Shown piece by piece: positions 51,601 through 64,000 of a DNA stretch of 64,000 bases (position 1 is the first letter of the stretch; each line of letters opens with the position of its first letter). Under the pieces are notes generated by a model. It did not search any database. It was not told the DNA's origin and saw only the letters and a list, made by a program, of their open reading frames with translations. The DNA is from Macrostomum lignano. Its lineage: Eukaryota. The translations under genes were made by a program, and so were the position numbers. Location: contig NIVC01001321.1 in assembly GCA_002269645.1 (NCBI GenBank), positions 152,858 through 216,857 on the forward strand, given 5' to 3'.

Positions 51601-53884
51601 TGAGCATAAAGCTATGCTGGAGCATGAACTCAGCTCAGTTTGATAATTGGATGGCTCCGCATGGCAACCAATTCAACTTCAATCTGTCCAGAATCCGTAA
51701 AGTGCAGCAGCCACTGCCGACACCTCAAGGGCGTTAATAAAAAGCGGTTTTTATTGTTGACAATAAAAGACTGGGGATATCGGTGTCTTGGGAAATCTGG
51801 GGGGAGCGCGCAGGGGGGGGGGTTGATCTGTCGGCATGGGGCAAAATCCGCTTCAAAGGCTTTTATATTGACCCTGCACTGACAACTGCAGACAGGTGGG
51901 GAGGCCCGACAGCAAACAGTATAGAGAAGGTCCTATCAGCCTTGGCAAACAGGAGGTACAGGGCTCGTATGCGCAATGGAGGAAATGTTTTGTGGAAAAA
52001 TAAGCTTAGCTCCAATATTCATATATTTATTCGAGATTGACCACTCAAACATAAGCGGCCAGCCCCCAAAGCCGCGGTTTGAAAGGGAAGTTCTTTGTTG
52101 GACAAAAAGGAGGCCCTGGCATGATGTCGGAGTCTGTTTGCACAGTTCCGCGACAACGAAAAAATAAATGGAATGGCAAATGGAAGAAGACCGGGAGCTG
52201 TGCTCAGATCTGGCAGGATCAGAGCTGCATCTCTACCTTCACTCGTAGCAGCTCAAAGGCGAAGACAAAAAAGTCTCCAAGCGCAGTGAGTCATCTTCAT
52301 CTGGGAACGGAGGTGAGGAATATCATAATACAGAAAACTTGCGCGCGGCAAAGTGAAGCGACTTGGAATAATCGAATTTCTGCTCTCGACCGCGAGAGCC
52401 GCCGCCTCTGGCGACGCACAAAGGGCGGGCGGTGGCCGCGGCGGCGGCGAGGCGCGCGGAGGGCACAAAGGAGGGAGAGCAGGGAGCTGTTGCTCTGTGA
52501 TGAGGCTGACCCGGCTCTGCTTTTGCTGCCTTTGGTTGCTCGCCCCAGCCTCCAGCTCGCGAGTGACTGATGAGGAATAACTTGTCAGGCATTGCCGCTT
52601 CCCTTTCAGATGAGGAGCGGCCCGGAGTTTGACAAAGTCGTTTGCCATTCTCGGCTTTGAGATGGCGCTCAGAAACTGACGGGGGAGCGGCGCTTTCTAG
52701 GAAATTAATTCGGCCAGTGGGGAGGGGGTTCGTGCTCTTCCGTTGGGTCTCTGACAATGGGAGCCTACCGTGAGCCTACCTACACTGTCTGTGGCGCTTC
52801 ATCGGCTTTTGGGTGAAAGTTCAGGTGCCGCTGACCCCTGAGCACGCTCATGCAAGGTGTACAACAGCCCCGACTTCTCATTGTCAGTATCTAACAGTGA
52901 CTGCTTTGAGAAGAGCTGCGTACTAACCACAGCCGGCTTCGCTTAACCCTCTGACCAAGCGACACGGAATTCAAAGTTCTAATAGCTATTCAAAGTCCCG
53001 CTGACTGAGATGCGTTCGCAGTTTATCCCAATTTCCTAATCGGAGGGGCATCCCGATCCCCAGTTTGTCATTTCTTAATTGGAATGGACCTCCGGGTCTG
53101 TCAGCTGCGAGGTCGTCGCCCGCCTGACGTGTCCTGTGCAGCACTTCAAAGGCGAGCAGGACCTGCAGTCGCAGCTTTGAATCTCAAGGACAAAGACGGC
53201 TGCACGAGGGCGAGAAACTCCCGGCTGATTGGAAAGCCTGTTTCGCCTCGGGCTGGGGGAATGGCAGCCCTGCAGTGTGTCTGGGGGGGGGGGCTTTTTG
53301 GGAGTCCATATTGTTGAGGACATCATCCTCCCTGCCCATCCATATAGAGGGTGCTACAAGAGATCCTCAAAGCTGCCTGAGACCCCGGGGCAGCGGATCT
53401 CGCTGCAAGGAGATGCTGCAGGGAGTGGAGGTTGTGGGGAGAAAAGAGGATGGGGAAAAAGGGAAATTTTCCTATGAAATTTTCTAGCAATGCAGCTTTT
53501 GAACCGCTTCTACCTGCTCTCCATGGACTTCCCGTTCTATGCGGGAGCGCTGCGGTGCCACTCGAACTTCAGGTGGCTCACAGGTGTGGGTTACAGGCTC
53601 TCAGTTCCAGTGCTCGGATAAGTTTACTGCCGGGGAGCCACCACCTACACGCCAGCAGCAAAGCGCTTTAGAACGAATTTCTGGGGCAATGCAATGTAGC
53701 AAAATGCTCGGCTTTTCAGGTGGGCAACTCTCTGCTTCTACTATAGCAACTGGGCACCACGCCAGACCGTGCGGTGCCCGTGGATACATGAGCCAGCGGA
53801 CCGGAAATCAAGCTGCTGAGGCTTCTATGCATCTGCCTTGACAGAGGAGAACAGAAAGAGGCTGTGGAAGCGAGTGAAGGCAAT

Positions 53885-54780
53885 CGGAGAGTGAAGGGAG
53901 AGTGAAGGGTGAGTAGAGGGAGAGTGGAGGGAGAGTAGAGGGAGAGTGGAGGGAGAGTGGAGGGTGAGTAGAGGGAGAGTGGAGGGAGAGTGGAGGGAGA
54001 GTAGAGGGAGAGTAGAGGGAGAGTAGAGGGAGAGTGGAGGGAGAGTGGAGGGAGAGTGGAGGGAGAGTGGAGGGTGAGTAGAGGGAGAGTGGAGGGAGAG
54101 TGGAGGGAGAGTAGAGGGAGAGTAGAGGGAGAGTGGAGGGAGAGTAGAGGGAGAGTAGAGGGAGAGTAGAGGGAGAGTAGAGGGAGAGTGGAGGGAGAGT
54201 GGAGGGTGAGTAGAGGGAGAGTGGAGGGAGAGTAGAGGGAGAGTAGAGGGAGAGTAGAGGGAGAGTAGAGGGAGAGTGGAGGGTGAGTAGAGGGAGAGTG
54301 GAGGGTGAGTAGAGGGAGAGTGGAGGGAGAGTAGAGGGAGAGTGGAGGGTGAGTAGAGGGAGAGTGGAGGGTGAGTAGAGGGAGAGTGGAGGGTGAGTAG
54401 AGGGAGAGTGGAGGGAGAGTAGAGGGAGAGTGGAGGGAGAGTGGAGGGTGAGTAGAGGGAGAGTGGAGGGAGAGTGGAGGGAGAGTAGAGGGAGAGTGGA
54501 GGGAGAGTAGAGGGAGAGTAGAGGGAGAGTGGAGGGTGAGTAGAGGGAGAGTGGAGGGAGAGTGGAGGGAGAGTGGAGGGAGAGTGGAGAGAGAGTGGAG
54601 GGAGAGTGGAGTGAGAGTGGAGGGAGAGTAGAGGGAGAGTAGAGGGAGAGTGAAGGGAGAGTGGAGGGTGAGTAGAGGGAGAGTAGAGTGAGAGTAGAGG
54701 GAGAGTAGAGGTAGAGTGGAGAGAGAGTGGAGTGAGAGTGGAGGGACAGTGGAGGGAGAGTGGAGGGAGAGAAAGGAGAG
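53885..54780. repeat. 11-bp purine minisatellite (gagggagagt(g/a))
   Basis: About 80 units. Confidence 0.97.
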
Positions 54781-55994
54781 CCGGAGAGAACTCAAGGACT
54801 GCAGTATATTTATACAAAGTTCGGTAGCAACCCGGAGCTACTGCACGAACTCGGTTGCCATGCGCCCACATGCTTCAAAATTCCACGAGGCGATGGGATT
54901 TATCCGTGTCATCAAGGTAGGCCAGGGGCTTAACCGAGTTTTTTATAACTTTATAATTTTGATTGACACGTCAATTGAGTCGTCGCTTGGGCCAACCGAC
55001 CCGAGGAGAGTTTGCCAGTTTCTTGAAAGAAAAATACACTTTCTCGCTCACCCCCCCCCCGACTGACTTTCGCACAGGATTGATTGAAGCAGGCAGTGGG
55101 CGTGGCCGGCCCCCGGGGGCAGCGCAAACAGAAGTCTCTCGCCCATTGTTAAAGACTCAGCAACCGGACATTGATTTCTGAGCAATTGAGCTGAGTTAAA
55201 CAAAATGAGCTCTCTTGATATTTACCTTGTTCGAAGGGACTCAGGCGGAGCACAGCGAGCGAGCAGTCAATCAAATTCTTGGGAGAAAGCCGAGAGCCGC
55301 TCAGGAGGTATTTATCATTTGCGCAGGGATAAGAGGCAGTTGGGGATAATTAAATTGCAGGGAAGATGGACTGACACGCGGAGTCTTTCGAAATTAGGAC
55401 GCGACGGGATGTCCGGAAGGAAGCGACACGATGGATGGGAAAAAGGGGAAGATAAAAAAAGCAAATGGGAGGGTGAGACAGGAGTCTGGGAGAGTGCTGC
55501 TTCTTCTTCTTCTTCGAGTAGCAAAGCAGACTTCCAACTTCTGATGCTTGAAACTCTGCGTTTTCTGCACTGCGTTTTCTGTCTGTCTCTCTCTCCTCTC
55601 TCAGGCATAAGGAGTTTACAACTGAGGGTTTCAGCCAATGGGAGGCCGGAGAGTTGCATGATCGGTTCTGATTGGCCAGGCAAAATGGTGTCAGAGAATC
55701 GCGAAGCTCCACGCTGGGACCGTGAGAAACGCAGGGCACTTCTCCCTCCAGCTTTTTAGTCTTTGGGTTGGTTGGCGTTCAGCACTGAAATTTAATCAAA
55801 TTAGACAGAAAAGGAATTGAATGCATAGCCGGCGGTGCGGGTGTCTCAGCTGACTTTCTCTTCTGACCACTTAGGGAGTCACCAATTCATTGTGTTGGAC
55901 ATACGAGCCTATTGCTGCGTACAAGAGCGCAAATGTGTATTTACATGTGCGCAACATGAACAAAATAAGACTCGAATGGCAGACTGAGGTAGCG

Positions 55995-56720
55995 AAGAAG
56001 ATGGAGATAGAAATAGAGATGGAGATTGGAGATGGACATAGAGACGGAAATGGAGACGGAGATGGAGATGGAGATGGAGATGGAGATGGAGAGGGAGATG
56101 GAGAGGGAGATGGAGAGGGGGTGGAGAAGGAGAGGGAGAGGAAGAAGGAGAGGGAGATGGGGAAGGAGAGGGAGATGGGGAAGGAGAGGGAGATGGGGAA
56201 GGAGAGGGAGATGGGGAAGGAGAGGGAGATGGGGAAGGAGAGGGAGATGGGGAAGGAGAGGGAGATGGGGAAGGAGAGGGAGATGGGGAAGGAGAGGGAG
56301 ATGGGGAAGGAGAGGGAGATGGGGAAGGAGAGGGAGATGGGGAAGGAGAGGGAGATGGGGAAGGAGAGGGAGATGGGGAAGGAGAGGGAGATGGGGAAGG
56401 AGAGGGAGATGGGGAAGGAGAGGGAGATGGGGAAGGAGAGGGAGATACAGAGGGAGATAGAGGAGAGGGAGATGGAGAGGGAGATGGAGGAGAGGGAGAT
56501 GGAGAGGGAGATGGAGAGGGAGATGGAGAAGGAGATGGAGGAGAGGGAGATGGAGAGGGAGATGGAGAGGGAGATGGGGAAGGAGAGGGAGATGGGGAAG
56601 GAGAGGGAGATACAGAGGGAGATAGAGGAGAGGGAGATGGAGAGGGAGATGGAGAAGGAGATGGAGGAGAGGGAGATGGAGAGGGAGATGGAGAGGGAGA
56701 TGGAGAGACAGAGAGAGGGG
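55995..56720. repeat. GGAGAT-derived repeats including the 18-mer gggagatggggaaggaga
   Basis: Direct reading. Confidence 0.95.
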
Positions 56721-57194
56721 TATACAGAGATCGAATTGGAAACGGGAAGCAGAGAAACAGAAGAATAAGGGAGGGTAGGGAGATGAAGAGAGGTAGACAG
56801 AGGTGGCAGGTGAAGCAGAGGTGTCTTCAGTAAGGCTCTGATAGCAGAAATTCGAATCAAAGTGGCCCAAGGCGGAAGGCAGCGAGGTCACTTCTGCATC
56901 ATCGCACAGCATTAGCAGTATAGAATTACCAGCTCAGATGAAAGAAAACTGAAAACTAATACCAACATTAGTAAGCATAGCAACAGCATAGCAACCAACA
57001 CTGCTCAAGGTTAGTTCTCCGCTCATCTGGCGAAACGAATTTAAGTCCCTTCCTGCCATCGCATCCGCCATCCGCGCCAATCTCCAGCTGCCCCTCGGGA
57101 CCACAGAGCTAGCAGTTGAAATCCGCCAGCTCCTGCCGAGGGGCTGTGGAGAACCGGACAGGACATCTGGAGCGGGCACGTGAAGTAGAGCGAA

Positions 57195-57630
57195 CGTGTG
57201 GATTATGTAAATATGTGAATTATGTAAACATGTGAATCATGAAATAATGTGAATCATGTAAACATTTGAATCATGTAAACATGTGAATCATGTAGGCATA
57301 TGAATCATGTAAACATGTGAATCATGTAAACATGTGAATCATGTAAACATGTGAATCATGTAAACATGTGAATCATGTAAACATGTGAATCATGTAAACA
57401 TTTGAATCATGTAAACATGTGAATCATGTAGGCATATGAATCATGTAAACATGTGAATCATGTAAACATGTGAATCATGTAAACATGTGAATCATGTAAT
57501 AATGGGAATAATGTAAACATGTGAATCATGTAATATGGGAATAATGTAAACATGTGAATCATGTAAACATTTGAATAATGTAATCATGTGAATCAAGCGA
57601 TATGTGAATCGTGTAAACATGTGAATAAAC
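57195..57630. repeat. 17-bp minisatellite (catgtgaatcatgtaaa)
   Basis: About 22 units. Confidence 0.94.
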
Positions 57631-57944
57631 AAATTTATTTGGAAATTTAAATTATAGATCCAGCTGGTTTCCACCAAATCAGTTGGAGTTCAGAGCTCCA
57701 TGGACTCCTGCCGCCCCCAACTCCTGCAGCGGGATAATTTCCCTCCCCAGAGACCCGCAGAGGCTGCAAACAGTCCTGCGAGGCGGCGCCAACGTCCCTA
57801 TCAGCTGCCCGCTGATTTCCAAGCCGTGAATCGAATTCTCCCTAGCCATGATTCTCCCTGACTGCGAAATGAATTTCCTGTCAACTTGCTCCGCGCTTCA
57901 TTTTGGCCAGTTTGATGTTCATTTGTTGAGAACTCTCTCGCATT

Positions 57945-58405
57945 TAGCATGAGAAATGTTTGTTTCTTATTCCATTCATGTTCCATTCATGTTCCATTCA
58001 TGTTCCTTTATGTTCAATTGATGTTCTCTATGTTCTATTCATGTTCCCTTTATGTTCTATTCATGTTCTCTCTATGTTCTGTTCATGTTCCTTTTATGTT
58101 CCATTCATGTCTCCTTTATGTTCAATTCATGTTCTCTCTATGTTCTATTCATGTTCCTTTTATGTTCCATTCATGTCTCCTTTATGTTCAATTCATGTTC
58201 TCTCTATGTTCTATTCATGTTCCTTTTATGTTCCATTCATGTTCCATTCATGTCTCCTTTATGTTCAATTCATGTTTCCTTTATGTTCTATTCATGTTCT
58301 CTCTATGTTCTATTCATGTTCCCTTTATGTTCTATTCATGTTCCTTTTATGTTCCATTCATATTCCATTCATGTTCCGTTTATATATGTTCAATTCATGC
58401 TGAAT
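57945..58405. repeat. ttcatgttc(c/t) pyrimidine-rich repeat
   Basis: Direct reading. Confidence 0.9.
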
Positions 58406-59014
58406 TTCTATTAGTCTTCTATTTAAGATTACAAAGAGTGCAATAGCATTTTCTCATGTTCAATCATGCTTTTCAATGTTGTTGTTTTATCTTCGCAAAC
58501 AATTATTCGTGGCCAAGCCCGCAGCAGACAGCCGGGCAACCGTATCAATCAATGTTGCGGCTTGCAGCGCTTACAGAAAAAATAGTTTTAGCAAATTGGC
58601 ATCGGCAGGAATTGCGGCGCACTTCACCGGCCAAATGTTGCAGCGCTGGCGGGCCCGGCTCCCAGCCTCCGGAGAAGCCCGGCCGGCCGGTCTGTCCTGA
58701 GGCAATTAGCACCCGGGGCGGAGCCAGTTGCAGTTCGCGATGCATTCTGGGGAGCTACCGGGGGGCCGTGGCAACAGCAGCTGACGCGCCAGCATCCAGC
58801 TCCATCAACGGGCGGGCAGCTCTTCGCTCATCCCCCACTTGTCTTTCAAGCGGACACATTGCCGGTTTCCCAGAAGTTCCTCAGACGGCAACCTTCGTTT
58901 AGGCAGCTCCTCTATCAGCCTGGATCACTGCTGTATGTTTATGGCTTAGTCATGGTACAAAGTATATTTGTACTCATACATTATTGTAATAGACTGAACT
59001 TAATTTGAGAGAGA

Positions 59015-59420
59015 GTGTGGGACAGGGTGTGTGACAGGGTGTGTGACAGGGCGTGTGACAGGGTGTGTGACAGGGTGTGTGACAGGGTGTGTGACAGGGT
59101 GTGTGACAGGGTGTGTGACAGGGTGTGTGACAGGGTGTGTGACAGGGTGTGTGACAGGGTGTGTGACAGGGTGTGTGACAGGGTGTGTGACAGGGTGTGT
59201 GACAGGGTGTGTGACAGGGTGTGTGACAGGGTGTGTGACAGGGTGTGTGACAGGGTGTGTGACAGGGTGTGTGACAGGGTGTGTGACAGGGTGTGTGACA
59301 GGGTGTGTGACAGGGTGTGTGACAGGGTGTGTGACAGGGTGTGTGACAGGGTGTGTGACAGGGTGTGTGACAGGGTGTGTGACAGGGTGTGTGACAGGGT
59401 GTGTGATAGGGTGTGTGATA
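59015..59420. repeat. 12-bp minisatellite (gtgtgacagggt)
   Basis: About 33 near-perfect units. Confidence 0.98.
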
Positions 59421-59464
59421 ACGTTTGGGACAGGGAAAGTATGTGGGATGAGAGATGTGAGATG

Positions 59465-60585
59465 AGAAAGGGTGTGGGAAGGGAAAGGGTGTGGGAAGGG
59501 AAAGGGTGTGGGAAGGGAAAGGGTATGGGATGGGAAAGGGTGTAAGATGGGAAAGGGTGTGGGAAGGGAAAGGGTGTGGGATGGGAAAGGGTGTGGGAAG
59601 GGAAAGGGTGTGGGATGGGAAAGGGTATGGGATGGGAAAGGGTGTAAGATGGGAAAGGGTGTGGGAAGGGAAAGGGTGTGGGATGGGAAAGGGTGTGGGA
59701 AGGGAAAGGGTGTGAGATGGGAAAGGGTGTGGGATGGGAAAGGGTGTGGGAAGGGAAAGGGTGTGGGATGGGAAAGGATGTGGGATGGGAAAGGGTGTGG
59801 GAAGGGAAAGGGTGTGGGAAGGGAAAGGGTGTGAGATGGGAAAGGGTGTGGGATGGGAAAGGGTGTGGGAAGGGAAAGGGTGTGGGATGGGAAAGGGTGT
59901 GGGATGGGAAAGGGTGTGGGATAAGAAAGGGTGTGGGAAGGGAAAGGGTGTGGGATGGGAAAGGGTGTGGGATGGGAAAGGGTGTGGGAAGGGAAAGGAT
60001 GTGAGATGGGAAAGGATGTGAGATGGGAAAGGGTGTGGGATGGGAAATGGTGTGGGAAGGGAAAGGGTGTGGGAAGGGAAAGGATGTGAGATGGAAAAGG
60101 ATGTGAGATGGGAAAGGGTGTGGGATGGGAAAGGATGTGAGATGGGAAAGGGTGTGGGATGGGAAAGGGTGTGGGATGGGAAAGGGTGTGGGATGGGAAA
60201 GGGTGTGGGATGGGAAAGGGTGTGGGATGGGAAAGGATGTGAGATGGGAAAGGGTGTGGGATGGGAAAGGGTGTGGGAAGGGAAAGGGTGTGGGAAGGGA
60301 AAGGATGTGAGATGGGAAAGGATGTGGGAAGGGAAAGGATGTGAGATGGGAAAGGGTGTGGGATGGGAAAGGATGTGAGATGGGAAAGGGTGTGGGATGG
60401 GAAAGGGTGTGGGAAGGGAAAGGATGTGAGATGGGAAAGGGTGTGGGATGGGAAAGGATGTGAGATGGGAAAGGGTGTGGGATGGGAAAGGGTGTGGGAA
60501 GGGAAAGGGTGTGGGATGGGAAAGGATGTGAGATGGGAAAGGGTGTGGGATGGGAAAGGATGTGAGATGGGAAAGGGTGTGTGAT
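59465..60585. repeat. 17-bp minisatellite (gggatgggaaagggtgt)
   Basis: About 65 units, three G-tracts per unit. Confidence 0.97.
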
Positions 60586-61212
60586 ACAGGATGAGACGAA
60601 TAATAAGAGGTGGTGACACACAGGCGTTAAAGATGTGGAAAAGCAAAAATACCATTAAGAGCGGCTTCCCTCAAGGCAGTCAGAGTGACAGGAAGAACAG
60701 CATCTGATTTTCTTTGAAATGCCGAATTTTTGCCAGTCGCGGCAGCAGCAGCAAGTGTTGCAGCAAACTTCATTTCCTTTCAGAGGTCAGGCGGGTGGGA
60801 GGGCGGAGCCCGGGAGGCCCCGGCGGCCTGTGAAAGCCGAGAGCGGCTGTGCCGCCGCAACGGGGGATGCACGGCCGAAAAATCCTGTAATTTTCTGCCT
60901 CTTCATCTCGCCCAGATTCCTTTTGAATTGTGGCCATTTTTCTGCTGTCTTCGGCTCCGGGGGTGGCGACCCGTCTCTGGACAAACAAGTGCAGTTGGTT
61001 CTTTTGGCTGCGCAAACTTTGCCGGAGATGAATTCGGAGAAGACTGGCTGCGGGGGTCAGCTGCGACTTTTGCCCCCCCCCGCCAGCCTCATGCAGTGTC
61101 GCCAAAGTTTTTGGGGATAAATGGGAGTTTTTGCTTTTTAGCTGGGATCCAAATTGCTTGGAATTAGTGGGTGAACTTCCCTACTCTTGGCGCGATCGCT
61201 ATTCCAGTATGA

Positions 61213-61695
<483 letters not shown>

Positions 61696-62479
61696 CTGTC
61701 AGAGGGACAGCAGAAGCCATTCTAATCAGTCAAATCATCGCAGAGAAATTTGATTGAACTGCCGCAACTCTCGCCACCAGCGCCGTCCCTCTGACAACAT
61801 GTTGAATTTCCCCGCCTACAACAGCGGGCAGCTGGAAGAAGATTGGCATCTGCAGCTGGCGCAGCAGCAGCTCCGAGATCTGAGAGGCGCGGCAGATTAT
61901 CCCACAGCGAAGCAGAATTAACAGGTGAACAACCCCCAGCCTCCGCCTGCCTGCCGCAGTTGATGGCGCAAGTCTGATAGCGGCAGCCGCAAATTTCTGC
62001 CAAGCCTGACTGACCCCGGCAGCTCGATCAGTTTATGCACCTGAAATTTCGATTGCTTTGGACTTTTGCTTTCTGAACCGCCTCCCCCCCCCCAGGCTGG
62101 AGTTGCTGCTGATCGATGAATCGACGGGCAGTTTTTGGTTCTTCCAGAAGCAGGGTAAAGTGCTTCATCGCGCGGATGCTGCATGTTTGGCAGCGCTGGA
62201 GCAGCGAGTCTAAGCGGCCATCAGGACTCTGATTTCTTATCCCAAAGCTTCCAGCAGCTCAGGTGGAGCTCAAGCAAGCGTGAGGGCCGGGGCTTCCGTT
62301 ATTGATTGCCGGAGTCACGGCACGTCCTCAGGTGGACTCTCAGGTGGCGGGAGCTCCTCTGGTTGAGGAAGTTTTTGGCGGGATCGGAGAGGGAAAAAGC
62401 GATTTTGGGGATTGAGATGCCCAGAAATTTTTTGGGCATTTAAGTGCTTGAGATAGGAGTGGGAGAGAACAGAACTCGG

Positions 62480-63250
62480 AAGATGAGAGAGGATAATGAG
62501 ATTAGATAGGATAACGAGATTAGATAGGATAATGAGATTAGATAGGATAACGAGATTAGATAGGATAACGAGATTAGATAGGATAACGAGATTAGATAGG
62601 ATAATGAGATTAGATAGGATAATGAGATTAGATAGGATAACGAGATTAGATAGGATAACGAGATTAGATAGGATAATGAGATTAGATAGGATAATGAGAT
62701 TAGATAGGATAACGAGATTAGATAGGATAATGAGATTAGATAGGATAATGAGATTAGATAGGATAATGAGATTAGATAGGATAATGAGATTAGATAGGAT
62801 AACGAGATTAGATAGGATAATGAGATTAGATAGGATAATGAGATTACAGAGGATAATGAGATATCAGAGGATGATGAGATATCAGAGGATAATTAGATAT
62901 CAGAGGATAATTAGATATCAGAGGATAATGAGATATCAGAGGATAATGAGATATCAGAGGATAATGAGATATCAGAGGATAATGAGATTACAGAGGATAA
63001 TTAGATATCAGAGGATAATGAGATATCAGAGGATAATGAGATATCAGAGGATAATGAGATTACAGAGGATAATTAGATATCAGAGGATAATGAGATAACA
63101 GAGGATAATGAGATTACAGAGGATAATGAGATATCAGAGGATAATGAGATTACAGAGGATAATGAGATATCAGAGGATAATGAGATTACAGAGGATAATT
63201 ATATTAAAGAGGATAATGAGATTACAGAGGATAATGAGATTACAGAGGAT
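62480..63250. repeat. 18-bp minisatellite (gagattagataggataat grading to gagatatcagaggataat)
   Basis: About 42 units. Confidence 0.97.
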
Positions 63251-64000
63251 ATAGAGCTGAGAAAAGATAGGGAGAGGGTAGAGGTGAGGGCAGTGACCGG
63301 TAGAGGAGAGCTGAGGTGAAAGGAACACAGAGATGCAGAGACAAAAGGACGCGAAGCCGAATCGAACTCAGCTCTGAGGTGAACGGAAGAAGAGCAAAGC
63401 CAAGAAGAAGGTGGCCAGAGGCTCTGTGGGGACTGGCAGTTCTGGCTTTCACTTTCCCCGCCCTCTCTTTATTTCCCACGAGGTATTTTGCAGCCGATCG
63501 CAATTGAAAGAAGTTGATGGAAATTGAAAGTTGCAGGGGCCGCCCGACCCAGCCGTTTTTTTCCATCTCGGGGCTGAAAAGGAGGCAGAGGCAGGAAGCC
63601 GCGGTCTAATTGTGCCTTGAAAAATTCTAAGCTCCGAGATTTGAGAGGATTAAGGCGATGGAGGGGGGGGGGGAAGCTGAGGAGTGAGTCTGCGACCGCA
63701 GGAAGTGCTTGAAGTGGGCAGCGGCGAGAGGCACCGGGGCGGCAGCGGCACGCACAGGGAAATCAAAAGTTGTCGGTACTTCCGTGAGCGAGGGCAAAGT
63801 TCCTCACGGCTGCCCTTCTCTCTTTACTCTCAGCCCGTCGATCCCTTAGCATGACCGCCGGCAGAAAGGCCACTCCGTCCCTGTTAAGTGCTGACTGGCA
63901 GCCCGCTGTGTAATGGAGTGTGTTTCAAATGTGTCAGATTTGAGCTTTTTGATCCTCTTTTCCGTCATTTAAACTGCGGTTTGGTATAAGGTCACGGCTA

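Noticed and set aside
49900-55760. Numerous 60-180 aa ORFs in GC-moderate unique sequence
   Set aside because: They overlap on both strands with no domain signature, no codon bias like the real exons, and no phase-consistent exon chain.

Overview
Eukaryotic (animal) genomic DNA, not prokaryotic: GC-rich exons separated by GT-AG introns that are mostly filled with minisatellites. This style suggests a flatworm such as Macrostomum, but that assignment is inference only. Five protein-coding genes are reconstructed, all on the minus strand. (1) The 5' part of CAD (glutaminase and CPSase-A; 6 exons, running off the left edge). (2) An MSL1-like coiled-coil/PEHE gene. (3) A NUDT6-like Nudix hydrolase. 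(4) A divergent 600-aa AGC-like kinase with HMD in place of HRD. (5) A 7-repeat protocadherin with an apparent 1-nt frameshift just before its transmembrane segment. Mobile DNA comprises a decayed Merlin/IS1595-like transposon with 39-bp TIRs, two MITE-like elements, and a 273-bp head-to-tail Helitron-like array embedded in (GATA)n. About 35 distinct mini/microsatellite arrays account for most ORF-track entries, which are artefacts. The most unusual features are intronic arrays whose units are themselves splice-site consensus sequences, and the Helitron-like array. Repeat boundaries and copy numbers were read by eye and are approximate.
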